From Clostridia bacterium (GTDB taxonomy: Bacteria > Bacillota > Clostridia > Christensenellales > CAG-138), in assembly GCA_045576895.1 (NCBI GenBank), contig JAZNHI010000155.1:1-46025 (forward strand): 46,025 bases of DNA, written 5' to 3'. The position numbers and the translations under genes were made by a program. Below are positions 25,300 to 34,516 of the stretch, piece after piece. The notes beneath the pieces are model-generated. The model searched no databases and had not been told where the DNA came from. It worked only from the letters and a program-made list of their open reading frames with translations. Numbering within the stretch: the stretch's first letter is position 1; each line of letters starts with the position of its first letter.

Positions 25300-27354
25300 T
25301 TAAAGCAGTTTCCGGAACGCAAGACCGGTTGTGTGCGGCGATCCGGGCGCATCTCCGTTCAGCGCCGCGCGGATCAGATTTCTCGCTTCCTCGACCGTTT
25401 CGATCGTCAGATATACCGCATAAAAATCGAGCGGCGGGAGCTGCTTGTCGCAGAGATACAGCGGAACGCTGTTCAAAAGCGCGGAATAGCGGCGTTCGCG
25501 GCAGACAAGCGGAAATACCGTGCCTTTGCGGTCGGTCACGACCGGACGTCCGTTGCAGGATCCGCAGCCCCTGTCGGACCGTGCCGGACAGGAACGCAGC
25601 TGCATCAGAGGAAGCCTTCCGACAACAAGCATGCCGAGCGGGATCGCACTTTGAAGATCGCGCGCTTTCGGTGCGGAAAGCTCAAACGATACAAACAGTG
25701 CCTGCACGCCCATCTCGCGATACGCTTCGATCGCGTCGCTGTTGGTAACGTTCAGTCCGTATCCGCCGATCGGGATCAGTCCCGCTTCCTTTGCCATCCG
25801 GATCGCGCTGATGTTCTCCGCAAGCGCAAACCGCATGCCGCACTCTTTCAGTGATCGCAGCGTCGTCCGTGTTTTCTCCTCCTCGTCCGGATAGATCAGG
25901 ATCGGGATTTCGCCCGCGGCGCGGTCGGTGATGTATTCCGGATGCTCTGACAGCACGTCGATCGGAAGGCTGTAAAACGCGATCGCCGGATCGTCGAAAA
26001 ACTGTTCGGGCGAAGCAAAGCGCACGCAAAGCCTCGGTTTCTCGGTTCGGCGCGCATGCGGAATCGAAAGCTCAGGCGTGCAGATCGTTCGTTCCGGAAC
26101 GGCGGCGCGCGCTTCATACAACGCGTCCAGTCCGCTTCTGCGCAGCGCGTTCAGCGCGGACGACGGCAGCATCAGCCCGTCCTCCAGCTCACATGAAACG
26201 GATTCGACCGCAAACGGCGTTCCGCCCGTTTTGCGCATGCTCTTCTCGACCGATTCAACGCGCAGCGGCGCATGCAGCGCGGTCTCCGGAACCTCGCCGG
26301 TCACGGTCACGGAATGCGTCCCGTCGTCTGCGGTCAGCAATGCGGGCGCACCCGACGCGATACGTACGCGCATTGCGATCGGCACGTCGTTTCTCGGTCC
26401 GCGATACAGCTCGCGAATGCCGGAAAGCACCGTCTGCGCGCGTTTCGCGTCCTCCTGCGTGCGAACGCCGAACATCGTGTGATTGCGTTTGCCCGCATAA
26501 TAACCTTCGGTGAATCCCCCGCGCGAAAACACGTCACGAAGAACCTGTTCGGAATACGGTTCGCCGTCCCGCACACGGCGCACGGCGTCGACCGCCGCTG
26601 CGACATACTCCGGCGATTTCAGCCGTCCTTCGATCTTCAGCGACGCAATACCGATCTTGCGGTACGCATCGTAATGCGCAATGTGCGACATGTCCTTCAG
26701 CGACAACGCATACTCCGCGCCGTTGCAGATGAACGGCAGCCGGCACGGCTGTGCGCACATGCCGCGGTTTCCGCTGCGTTCCCCGAGCATTGCGGACAGA
26801 TAACAGATGCCGGATGCGCTCATGCACAGCGCGCCGTGGACAAAGCATTCCAATTCGATTTGCGTCTGCTCTTTGATCTTTCGGATCTCTTCAATCGAAA
26901 GCTCCCGTGCAAGCACGGCGCGGGAAAAGCCGATATCCTCCAGCATCTTCACGCCTGACGCGTTGTGTACCGCCATCTGCGTAGACCCATGCAGCTCCAG
27001 TGTGGGGCATATCTGCTTTGCCAGCCGCATGACCGTGAGGTCCTGCACGATGATCGCGTCCGCTCCGCTTTCGGCGATCTCCGTCAGCGTGTCGGCAACC
27101 GCTGTTCGTTCTTCGTCGTGAACCAGCGTATTCACCGTCACATGCACGCTCACGCCGTGCGCGTGGCAGAAGCGTACCGCCTCACGGAGCTTTTCGCCGG
27201 TAAACTGTCCCGCGTTCCGGCGTGCGTTGCATGCGCCCGCACCGAAATAGACCGCGTCCGCTCCCGCATATACGGCAGCTTCCAGCGATCCTTCCGTTCC
27301 TACGGGCGCCAGTATTTCCGGATTGTTGTTTTTCACCTTGCTCATCGCCTTCAT
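25300..27354 (-). CDS. peptidase U32 family protein (collagenase-like, with long C-terminal extension)
   Basis: PEILAPVGTEGSLEAAVYAGADAVYFG, HVTVNTL and E.FVHGALCMSASGICYLS motifs. The start is uncertain between the ATG at 27354 and the ATG at 27345. I rejected the longer track start because it overlaps the divergent gene. Confidence 0.8.
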   Translation of the reverse strand: MKAMSKVKNNNPEILAPVGTEGSLEAAVYAGADAVYFGAGACNARRNAGQFTGEKLREAVRFCHAHGVSVHVTVNTLVHDEERTAVADTLTEIAESGADAIIVQDLTVMRLAKQICPTLELHGSTQMAVHNASGVKMLEDIGFSRAVLARELSIEEIRKIKEQTQIELECFVHGALCMSASGICYLSAMLGERSGNRGMCAQPCRLPFICNGAEYALSLKDMSHIAHYDAYRKIGIASLKIEGRLKSPEYVAAAVDAVRRVRDGEPYSEQVLRDVFSRGGFTEGYYAGKRNHTMFGVRTQEDAKRAQTVLSGIRELYRGPRNDVPIAMRVRIASGAPALLTADDGTHSVTVTGEVPETALHAPLRVESVEKSMRKTGGTPFAVESVSCELEDGLMLPSSALNALRRSGLDALYEARAAVPERTICTPELSIPHARRTEKPRLCVRFASPEQFFDDPAIAFYSLPIDVLSEHPEYITDRAAGEIPILIYPDEEEKTRTTLRSLKECGMRFALAENISAIRMAKEAGLIPIGGYGLNVTNSDAIEAYREMGVQALFVSFELSAPKARDLQSAIPLGMLVVGRLPLMQLRSCPARSDRGCGSCNGRPVVTDRKGTVFPLVCRERRYSALLNSVPLYLCDKQLPPLDFYAVYLTIETVEEARNLIRAALNGDAPGSPHTTGLAFRKLL

Positions 27355-27452
27355 TATACAAAGCGAATAACCGTTTTGCAACCGCATTTTTCTCTTGCAA
27401 AGACCATACGTGTTTGGTAAAATGTACGAAAGGATTTTCGGAGGACGGAAGA

Positions 27453-28388
27453 ATGGAAGAGAAGGATACAAAACCGACGCAGAACAACGACGTCGAAACG
27501 AACGGCAAGCCGAAAAGAAAACGCCGCTTCGGAGACCGTCCGGACGGCTATAAGCTTCGCTCGCTGCAGCCGATGTCCAAGGTCTCTCCGTATATCATGC
27601 CGAACCGCTCCGGCGCAAGCGTTTATTTCCACGAATCGATCGAAATCACCGAAGCGGAAAACTATATCCGGAAAAAGCGGAATCAGGGCCTGAAGGGATT
27701 CGGCATGATGCATCTGCTGCTTGCCGCCTATGTACGGGTCCTTTCCCAGCGTCCCGCAGCCAACCGGTTCATCTCCGGCCAGCGCATCTTCTCCCACGGA
27801 GACGATATTGTCGTCGCCTTGACCATCAAGCGGGAAATGACGCTCGAAGCGGAAGAAACCATCGTCAAGGTGCATCTTTCTCCGTCCGACACCGCCGACG
27901 ACGTCTATCGCAAGCTGCAGAAGCTGATCGACGAGAACCGTGACGAGAATCCCGACAGCAACTTCGACAATACCGCAAAGATTTTCAATTATATTCCCGG
28001 TCTGCTTCTGAAGAACGCCATCTGGCTTCTGAAGGTATTGGACTATTTCGGTCTTTTCCCCAAAGGTCTGATCGAAATCAGCCCGTTCCACGGCTCCATG
28101 TTCATCACCTCAATGGGTTCTTTGGGCATTCCGCCGGTATACCATCATCTGTATGATTTCGGCAATATCCCGGTTTTTCTGTCCTTCGGCGCCAAATATA
28201 AGCAGACCGAACTGAAAGCGGACGGAACGCCTGTGCAGCGCAAGTACATCGATTACAACATCGTATGCGACGAACGCATCTGCGACGGGTTCTATCTGGC
28301 CTCCTCCTTCAAGCTGTTCAAGACCTACTTCCGCAATCCGCACGTGCTGGACGAAAAGCCCGAAACGATCATTCACGATGTCGACTGA
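27453..28388 (+). CDS. stand-alone 2-oxoacid dehydrogenase acyltransferase (E2/CAT-fold) catalytic-domain family protein
   Basis: I trimmed the start to the ATG at 27453 after a GGAGGA RBS. The C-terminus NIVCDERICDGFYLASSFKLFKTYFRNP aligns with the E2 motif S.DHR.IDG......L......E.P. There is no lipoyl domain. Confidence 0.6.
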   Translation: MEEKDTKPTQNNDVETNGKPKRKRRFGDRPDGYKLRSLQPMSKVSPYIMPNRSGASVYFHESIEITEAENYIRKKRNQGLKGFGMMHLLLAAYVRVLSQRPAANRFISGQRIFSHGDDIVVALTIKREMTLEAEETIVKVHLSPSDTADDVYRKLQKLIDENRDENPDSNFDNTAKIFNYIPGLLLKNAIWLLKVLDYFGLFPKGLIEISPFHGSMFITSMGSLGIPPVYHHLYDFGNIPVFLSFGAKYKQTELKADGTPVQRKYIDYNIVCDERICDGFYLASSFKLFKTYFRNPHVLDEKPETIIHDVD

Positions 28389-29007
28389 CCGCAGAAAAAA
28401 GAAACGAAGCGTCCCCCGCTTCGAACGAATCAGGATCATCGAGTACGGCTGCATCGGACTCGTGATCCTGTTGTTTGTGGGGCTTGCGATCCTGTACGGT
28501 TCAAAGGAAAAACATCCGGACGAACCGGTCGCCGACGCTTCCCCGTCCCCCGTTCCCACGCCGGACGAAACGATCCGCGGCATGCATGTGCTCGACGCGC
28601 TTGACAAGGCAGGCTTTGCCGTGTCCTATGAAGCGGATCGGTACGACGTCCTGTCGCCCGACGGCGTTTCCTTTACCATGCGGATGAGATCCGACGACCG
28701 GGGCATTTCAGAATTGTCATTCGAAACGCCGCTGTGTCCCGATCCGGAGGAGGAAACGGAAAGCGCGGGGCTTCTGCGGGAAGAGAATCGACGAACCGTG
28801 AAGGAACTGCAAAAGCTGTTCGATTGCGTGATGCCGGTATTCCGCCGTCCCGTGTCCGACAGCGATACGATCGTGAAACAATGCCGGAAGGTCGCAGAAA
28901 ACGGCGATGTGTATTCCAAGCATTTCGGTCGTTATTCGGTTCGCATTGTATCGGATTCCGAAGCGCGTCCGCAAACGGTCACTATCTATTTGATCCGCGA
29001 TTCCTGA
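28378..29007 (+). CDS. hypothetical single-pass membrane protein
   Basis: 209 aa with a basic N-terminus, a TM helix (GCIGLVILLFVGLAILY), a Pro-rich linker and a soluble domain. It overlaps the upstream gene by 11 nt. I recognised no family. Confidence 0.5.
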   Translation: MSTDRRKKKRSVPRFERIRIIEYGCIGLVILLFVGLAILYGSKEKHPDEPVADASPSPVPTPDETIRGMHVLDALDKAGFAVSYEADRYDVLSPDGVSFTMRMRSDDRGISELSFETPLCPDPEEETESAGLLREENRRTVKELQKLFDCVMPVFRRPVSDSDTIVKQCRKVAENGDVYSKHFGRYSVRIVSDSEARPQTVTIYLIRDS

Positions 29008-29039
29008 CAAAACAAGCTGCCGAACCGGCAGCTTTTATT
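29008..29039. terminator. bidirectional terminator between convergent genes
   Basis: A 9-bp stem AAGCTGCCG-aac-CGGCAGCTT flanked by an A-rich tract and TTTT. The 3' arm overlaps the methyltransferase stop codon. Confidence 0.65.
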
Positions 29040-29724
29040 GATGAATCACAAAGATCGTCAGATCGCTGCAAACCGGCAGCAGCAGCGGAAAGACGGGATC
29101 ATCCGTTCTTTTCAGATGCTGCAGAAACGATTCATCCGTTTCCTGCGGTTCCGAACCGTACAGTCGAAAAAAGCGTATCGCATCCTCGCGAGAACGGAAC
29201 GGCTGATCGAATGAAAGCGAGATCGCCTCGCTTGAAAACAGGATTTCTCGTTCGGAAAGGATCCGTGCGGTCTCGGAAGCCGTTCGCGTATGCGGCTCCT
29301 CCGCGCCGGAGATACGATGCGCCGGATCATTTCGTTTGACCATGATCAGCGTATGTCCGTCGGACCGTTCAAAGAGCTGCAGCGCTTCCTCCGTCGATCC
29401 GAAGCGGCAGCAAACGATCACATCACAGTGCAGCGGAATCGTATGTACATCCGCAACCATTGCCGTCAGACCGTGCGCGCTGCCTGCACGTTGATTCAAT
29501 GCCGCGATCGCCTGTTCGTCGACGTCGACCGCCGTGACGCTTTTACAGTACGGAAGCAGCGCTTCCGAAAGATACCCAAGTCCGCATCCCGCGTCCGTCA
29601 CGCAGTCCTCCGGATGCAGAAACGGTGCGATCCTATGCGCCAGCGCGCGGTAAAAGCCGCTGTTTTCCGCTGCGTCGCAGAAAAAAGCGATCCTTTCGCG
29701 ATCCCAATAAAACTTCGGTTTCAT
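29035..29724 (-). CDS. class I SAM-dependent methyltransferase
   Basis: 229 aa. Motif I VTDAGCGLGYLSEAL and an acidic loop in TAVDVDEQ. Confidence 0.7.
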   Translation of the reverse strand: MKPKFYWDRERIAFFCDAAENSGFYRALAHRIAPFLHPEDCVTDAGCGLGYLSEALLPYCKSVTAVDVDEQAIAALNQRAGSAHGLTAMVADVHTIPLHCDVIVCCRFGSTEEALQLFERSDGHTLIMVKRNDPAHRISGAEEPHTRTASETARILSEREILFSSEAISLSFDQPFRSREDAIRFFRLYGSEPQETDESFLQHLKRTDDPVFPLLLPVCSDLTIFVIHQ

Positions 29725-29805
29725 GTGTTTTCAGCTCCCCCGCCGAAGATCGGCGCTTGCGCGATCCGTTTCGCTGCGGTATACTGCAGAAAAAGGAGGC
29801 CGTCC

Positions 29806-30334
29806 ATGCAGCACATTCTGATCAACGGGCGCAACGGCGTCGGCAAATCCACGCTGATCCGTGCGCTTCTGCAATCGATCCCTGCGCCGGTCTGCGGCGT
29901 TATCACAAAGAAAGAAGCCGTAAATGCCGACGGCTTTTTGTCCGGTCTATATCCATCGGTACGGAACGGAGAAGCAATTCTCTGCGGACAATCTGATCGG
30001 TCTGTGCGGCGACGGAAAGAGCGTTGCCTTCCCGGAGGCGTTTGACCGGTATGCGGAAACGATGCACTTTCCGACCGACGGCGTGATCGTTCTGGATGAG
30101 CTCGGCTTCATGGAAAGCGACGCGAAGCGGTTTACGGAAGCCGTTCTTCGTTTGCTTGACGATGCGCCGTTCGTGATCGCCGCCGTCCGCGATAAGCAGA
30201 CGCCTTTTTTGGATGCGGTACGATCGCATCCGCGCGCCGTTGTTTACCGGATCACCGAAGAGAACCGGGACGATTTGCGCGACGCGCTGCTGTCCGATCT
30301 GCCTTCCCTGCTTCCTGATTTCTTTTCCCGCTGA
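29806..30334 (+). pseudogene. P-loop NTPase (THEP1/NTPase_1-like), frameshifted at a T5 run
   Basis: Frame 1 from the ATG at 29806 (AAAGGAGG RBS) reads MQHILINGRNGVGKSTLIRALL...AVNADGF. The sequence continues sensibly only in frame 2 (CPVYIHRYG...VIVLDELGFMES...). Removing one T from TTTTT (29935-29939) restores a ~175-aa ORF. Confidence 0.6.
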
Positions 30335-30339
30335 CCGTA

Positions 30340-31095
30340 TTATTCCTCCTCGTCCCCGGCACCTGCTGACTGTTTCAGCCGCATGCGATCCCACAGCCCG
30401 TATTTATCCGTGTTGGTGATCGCGTGCATCATCTTGACGTCGGCGTCCGGCACAAGCGTGCAAAGATATTTGATCAGATTCTTCGCTTCCTCGCGCTTGG
30501 TCTTTCCGGCGACATCGCAGTTCGGCGGCAGGACCGGAAGCTCCAGCTGTTTTGCAACGGACAGACAATACTTTTCCGGCACATAGATCATCGGCCGGAT
30601 CACCGTGATATCCTTTCTCGAAAGGTACGTGATCGGCGCAAAGGTATTCATGCGTCCCTCATACAGCATCGACATGAGGAATGTCTCGAGAACGTCCTCG
30701 CGATTGTGTCCGAGCGCAACCTTGTTGCAGCCGCGCTGCTTTGCCGCCGTGTTCAGCGCGCCGCGGCGAAGCTTGGCGCACAGCGCGCACGGTGACCGAT
30801 CCGCCCGGTATTCGAATACGACCTTTCCGATCTCGGTCGGAATCACTTCAAACTCGATCCCGACCCGCTCCGCGTATTCCCGGATCGGCGCTGTGTTCTG
30901 GTACTTCAGTCCGAGATCGAGCATGATCGCGATCACATCGAATTTGGTATACGAGAAGCGCTGATACAGCTTCATCGCCTGCATCAGAAGCAGGGAATCC
31001 TTTCCGCCTGAAACACCGACGCAGATCTTGTCCCCGTCTTCGATCATGTGAAATTTTTCATCCGCTCTGCGGATGCTGCCCAGTATCCGTTTCAT
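30340..31095 (-). CDS. ttcA: PP-loop ATPase, tRNA 2-thiocytidine synthetase TtcA family
   Basis: 251 aa. PP-loop VGVSGGKDSLLL, plus CALCAKLRRGAL and ALGHNREDVLETFLMSM. Confidence 0.75.
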   Translation of the reverse strand: MKRILGSIRRADEKFHMIEDGDKICVGVSGGKDSLLLMQAMKLYQRFSYTKFDVIAIMLDLGLKYQNTAPIREYAERVGIEFEVIPTEIGKVVFEYRADRSPCALCAKLRRGALNTAAKQRGCNKVALGHNREDVLETFLMSMLYEGRMNTFAPITYLSRKDITVIRPMIYVPEKYCLSVAKQLELPVLPPNCDVAGKTKREEAKNLIKYLCTLVPDADVKMMHAITNTDKYGLWDRMRLKQSAGAGDEEE

Positions 31096-31197
31096 TGCAT
31101 AGACCTCACTGTGTTCAGTATAACGTGTTTCGTTTTTTCTGTAAAGAAAAATGATGTGTTATAAATGTAAAGTAAGATTAAAATTCTGCCGGAACGA

Positions 31198-31226
31198 TTG
31201 CGATTCCGATTTATATTTGTTATACT
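31198..31226 (+). promoter_or_regulatory. sigma-A promoter candidate for mntP
   Basis: TTGCGA (31198-31203), 17-nt spacer, TATACT (31221-31226), 25 nt upstream of the ATG. Confidence 0.4.
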
Positions 31227-31251
31227 GTATCGGTCAGTTGGGAGGCAGCCT

Positions 31252-31893
31252 ATGAGCTTTACGGATATTCTTATGATCGGCGTCGGTCTGTCCATGGACG
31301 CCTTTGCGGTTTCCATGTGTCAGGGCGTTTCCATGAAAAAGCTGAACGTTCGCCGCGCCGTTCTGATCGCGGTATTTTTCGGCGGGTTTCAGGCATTGAT
31401 GCCGCTGCTCGGTTTTGCGCTCGGTTCCACCTTCGCCTCCGCGATCACCATCGGTCCGTGGGTTGCTGCCGCGCTTCTGCTGATCATCGGCGGCAAGATG
31501 CTGCTCGACGGGATCCGCGACAAGGACGATGAGCCGTCGGATTTCGGTACGATCGGCCGTCTGTTTTTGCTTGCAATCGCAACAAGCATCGACGCGTTCG
31601 CCGTCGGCGTATCGTTTTCCATGCAGGAAGGCATCGTCTGGCTGCACGGCGGGACAAGCATCTTTCTTGCCGTTCTGACGATCGGAATGACCACGTTCGT
31701 GCTTTCTTTGATCGGTGTGTGGATCGGCAACCGTTTCGGGCTGAAATACCACCGTGCCTCCACCATTCTCGGAGGCGTCATCCTGATCCTGATCGGCATC
31801 AAGATCCTCCTGGAGGCGCTCCATATTCTTCCCGATTTTTTACGTTGTGACGCCGTATCTCAGGCAATCGAACTGCATACGCTTTGGATATGA
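31252..31893 (+). CDS. mntP: manganese efflux pump MntP
   Basis: I trimmed the start to the ATG at 31252 after GGGAGG. There are two repeats of the MntP motif (GVGLSMDAFAVS and IATSIDAFAVGVS) and six TM helices. Confidence 0.85.
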   Translation: MSFTDILMIGVGLSMDAFAVSMCQGVSMKKLNVRRAVLIAVFFGGFQALMPLLGFALGSTFASAITIGPWVAAALLLIIGGKMLLDGIRDKDDEPSDFGTIGRLFLLAIATSIDAFAVGVSFSMQEGIVWLHGGTSIFLAVLTIGMTTFVLSLIGVWIGNRFGLKYHRASTILGGVILILIGIKILLEALHILPDFLRCDAVSQAIELHTLWI

Positions 31894-32942
31894 AGCAAGA
31901 CAGTGTAAAATACCGCGCCCCGGTCATATCTCTGATCGCGGTCATGACGGTCCTTCTTTGTTTGATGGGCTATTTGATTGTCCTGAAAATGACCGCCAAA
32001 GCGTCATCGGAAACCATCGGAAAGGCAGATGCGCCGAAAGCGAGCGAACCCGTTCTTCGCACGGCTGTTCCGGAAACGCCGACGCCCGCGCCGACCATCG
32101 AACCCGTTCCTGCGGCGGAAACCGAACAGGAAGTCGCATCCTCGCCGTTCTGGTCCGAGGGAAGCTTTTTCAAAGGCGAAGAATACCGCAGTCCGACGCT
32201 TTCCGTGCGGTTCTCCGCATACAGCGATTCGAAGAACTTCAGCCGCCGCGTCGCATACTACGTTGCCGATATCCATGTTTCCGACGTGACGCAGATCCGA
32301 ACCGCATCGGTCTATGAGGATTTTGCAAAGGGCGGGCACGGCAAGGTGAAGCGAATGGCGGACAAGGCGAATGCATTGGTCGCGATTTCAGGCGACTACT
32401 GCGGCTGCCACACCAACACGCTGATCATCCGGAACGGCATCGTCTATCGTGAAAAGCTCAACGGACAGGACGTCTGCCTTCTTCTTCGCAACGGCGTGAT
32501 GGAAACGATTCCGCGCGGCAAGCTCGATCTGAAAACGATCCTCGACAAGGATCCGTGGCAGGCATGGCAGTTCGGTCCGGGGCTTCTCGAAAGCGACGGA
32601 ACGCCGAGAAAATCGCTCAGCAGCTATTCTTTGTATCCGAAGAATCCGCGCAGCTGCATCGGCTATTTCGAGCCCGGGCACTACTGCTTCGTTGTCGCTG
32701 ACGGCAGGCAGAAAAACTCTCACGGTCTGACGCTGACCGAACTTGCAAAGCTGATGCAGTCTCTCGGCTGCAAACAAGCGTTCAATCTGGACGGAGGCGC
32801 ATCCGCGCATTTCTACTGGAAGGACAGGATCCGCAACAAGCCCAGCGGCGGCGGACGCGAGATCTCAGATATTATTTACGTTGCAAAGGAATCCTACCCG
32901 TCTGCGAGATTCTTTTGCGGAAAGGCAGGCACACCCGAATGA
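31890..32942 (+). CDS. phosphodiester glycosidase (NAGPA/DUF2233) family protein, membrane-anchored
   Basis: The ATG at 31890 overlaps the mntP stop (ATGA). There is an N-terminal TM helix and a Pro/Thr linker. The sequence contains RSCIGYFEPGHYCFVVADGRQ...GLTLTELAKLMQSLGCKQAFNLDGGAS. Confidence 0.72.
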   Translation: MKQDSVKYRAPVISLIAVMTVLLCLMGYLIVLKMTAKASSETIGKADAPKASEPVLRTAVPETPTPAPTIEPVPAAETEQEVASSPFWSEGSFFKGEEYRSPTLSVRFSAYSDSKNFSRRVAYYVADIHVSDVTQIRTASVYEDFAKGGHGKVKRMADKANALVAISGDYCGCHTNTLIIRNGIVYREKLNGQDVCLLLRNGVMETIPRGKLDLKTILDKDPWQAWQFGPGLLESDGTPRKSLSSYSLYPKNPRSCIGYFEPGHYCFVVADGRQKNSHGLTLTELAKLMQSLGCKQAFNLDGGASAHFYWKDRIRNKPSGGGREISDIIYVAKESYPSARFFCGKAGTPE

Positions 32943-33988
32943 AACGCCTGATACAGTTTGTTTTTTTGATCGTTCTCTCGGCTCTCTTCTGTTTCTGCGG
33001 AGAACCCGAGCTTCCGGAGCAGCCGATCACCGAAGCGCCGACGCCCGATCCCATGCCCGTTTCGACGATCGCAGTTGACGAGCTGGTTTGGATCACGCCC
33101 GTTCCGACCGATACGCCGGAACCGCCGACGCCGACACCCGAACCGACGCCCACGCCCACGCCCTCTCCCACCCCGACGCCCGAACCGACGCCGGAACCGG
33201 AAGGACTGATCGGATGGACCGAAGGCGGTTTCGTTCCGCGCGAGGAACAGACCGTGACTGAGACCGAATATACCGGCGAAAAGCTGCATTTTACCGTTAC
33301 AAAGGTGTTTAACGATACCTCATACAAATCCGAGGTTACGTACTACATAACGGATATCTATCTTCGCGATATCAGATGTCTTCGTACTGCCGCCGCAAAA
33401 ACGTTCAAATCCACATCGCGCGACGACGTCGACAAGATCGCAAAACGAGTCAATGCGCTGCTCGCGATTTCCGGCGACATGTTCAATGCGCACAAGCACC
33501 GTCTTGTGATCCGCAACGGGGAAGTCTACGATACAAAGCTGTACAGCGACTGGGAAGTCTGTTTCCTCTATCTGGACGGCACCATGGAGACCATGACGGC
33601 TGACGAATACAAGCTCGCGCCTTTGCGGACAGACGTCTGGCAGGCGTGGCAGTTCGGACCGTCCCTGCTCGACAGGGAAGGACACGCGCTGACGAAATTC
33701 CCGCACTCGCAGGTCAGACCGCAGAATCCGCGTTGCGTAATCGGTTATTTCGAGCCGGGTCATTATTGCTTCGTCACCGTCGACGGACGGCAGAAGGGAC
33801 ATTCGCTTGGATTGGAGCTTGCGGAGCTCGCGCAATTGATGGAATCGCTCGGCTGCAAGGTCGCGTTCAATCTCGACGGCGGTGAATCCGCTTCCCTGTA
33901 TTGGGACGGCAGAATCTACAGCAAGCCGTGCAACGGCGGTCGTGAGATGGCGGATATCGTTTACCTGATCGAACCGGAAGACGACTGA
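32939..33988 (+). CDS. phosphodiester glycosidase (NAGPA/DUF2233) family lipoprotein; a paralog of the upstream gene
   Basis: The ATG at 32939 overlaps the upstream stop (ATGA). It has a lipobox-like LSALFCFCG and a PT-rich linker. The sequence contains RCVIGYFEPGHYCFVTVDGRQ...LELAELAQLMESLGCKVAFNLDGGES. Confidence 0.72.
   Translation: MKRLIQFVFLIVLSALFCFCGEPELPEQPITEAPTPDPMPVSTIAVDELVWITPVPTDTPEPPTPTPEPTPTPTPSPTPTPEPTPEPEGLIGWTEGGFVPREEQTVTETEYTGEKLHFTVTKVFNDTSYKSEVTYYITDIYLRDIRCLRTAAAKTFKSTSRDDVDKIAKRVNALLAISGDMFNAHKHRLVIRNGEVYDTKLYSDWEVCFLYLDGTMETMTADEYKLAPLRTDVWQAWQFGPSLLDREGHALTKFPHSQVRPQNPRCVIGYFEPGHYCFVTVDGRQKGHSLGLELAELAQLMESLGCKVAFNLDGGESASLYWDGRIYSKPCNGGREMADIVYLIEPEDD
33104..33203 (+). 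repeat. in-frame low-complexity Pro/Thr/Glu-coding repeat (linker)
   Basis: Reiterated ACGCC/GAACCG units encode PTDTPEPPTPTPEPTPTPTPSPTPTPEPTPEPE. Confidence 0.8.
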
Positions 33989-34007
33989 ATACACGAATGA
34001 AAAATCC

Positions 34008-34038
34008 AGAGGCAGTATCCGTTTCGAATACTGCCTCT
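34008..34038. terminator. hairpin terminator between convergent glycosidase and GNAT genes
   Basis: An 11-bp stem AGAGGCAGTAT/ATACTGCCTCT with a 9-nt loop. The better U-tract (GGATTTTT) is on the minus strand. Confidence 0.55.
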
Positions 34039-34040
34039 TA

Positions 34041-34505
34041 TCATATCTGCAGTTCCATATATCTGCGATAGGTCGAAAACCCGACCGATTCATAGAATGC
34101 CAAAGCGTCCCGGTTGAATTCCCACATGTTGAGCTCGATCCGGGAAAAACCTGCCTCCTTTGCATATGCGCGGATGAACGCAATCATTTCCGTCGCAACG
34201 CCTTCCCTGCGATGCGCTTCATCCACGCCGAACTCGTCGATGTCCAGATAGTCCCGCACGAACATAAAAGGCGTCTCCGGTCTGACAATGTGATGCAGCA
34301 CGGCAAAGCCGCAGATCTCCCCCTCCCGCTCGGCAACGACGATCGCCTTGTCCGGATCGTTCCAAATCGAGCGGATAAACTCCCGCAGTTCTTCCGGAAA
34401 CCCCGGTTTGAAGATCTCCGGTTTTCCCGCGACATGCAGATCGTTCACCTGCTTGCGGAGTTCGTTTACACGATTCAGCTCATGTTCTTCTGCAAACCGT
34501 ACCAT
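34041..34505 (-). CDS. GNAT family N-acetyltransferase
   Basis: 154 aa. The acetyl-CoA site reads VDEAHRREGVATEMI, with a C-terminal FYESVGF. Confidence 0.8.
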   Translation of the reverse strand: MVRFAEEHELNRVNELRKQVNDLHVAGKPEIFKPGFPEELREFIRSIWNDPDKAIVVAEREGEICGFAVLHHIVRPETPFMFVRDYLDIDEFGVDEAHRREGVATEMIAFIRAYAKEAGFSRIELNMWEFNRDALAFYESVGFSTYRRYMELQI

Positions 34506-34516
34506 CTTTCCTCCCG

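Noticed and set aside
31096-31251. An expected yybP-ykoY manganese riboswitch upstream of mntP.
   Set aside because: The leader is short and AT-rich, with a promoter 25 nt from the ATG. I could not find the conserved GGGGAGUAG-type core. A covariance-model scan would be needed to exclude it formally.
33104-33203. A short-period DNA repeat that could be mistaken for a tandem or CRISPR-like array.
   Set aside because: It is in frame inside the second glycosidase gene and encodes a PT/PE linker. It has no spacer-repeat architecture.
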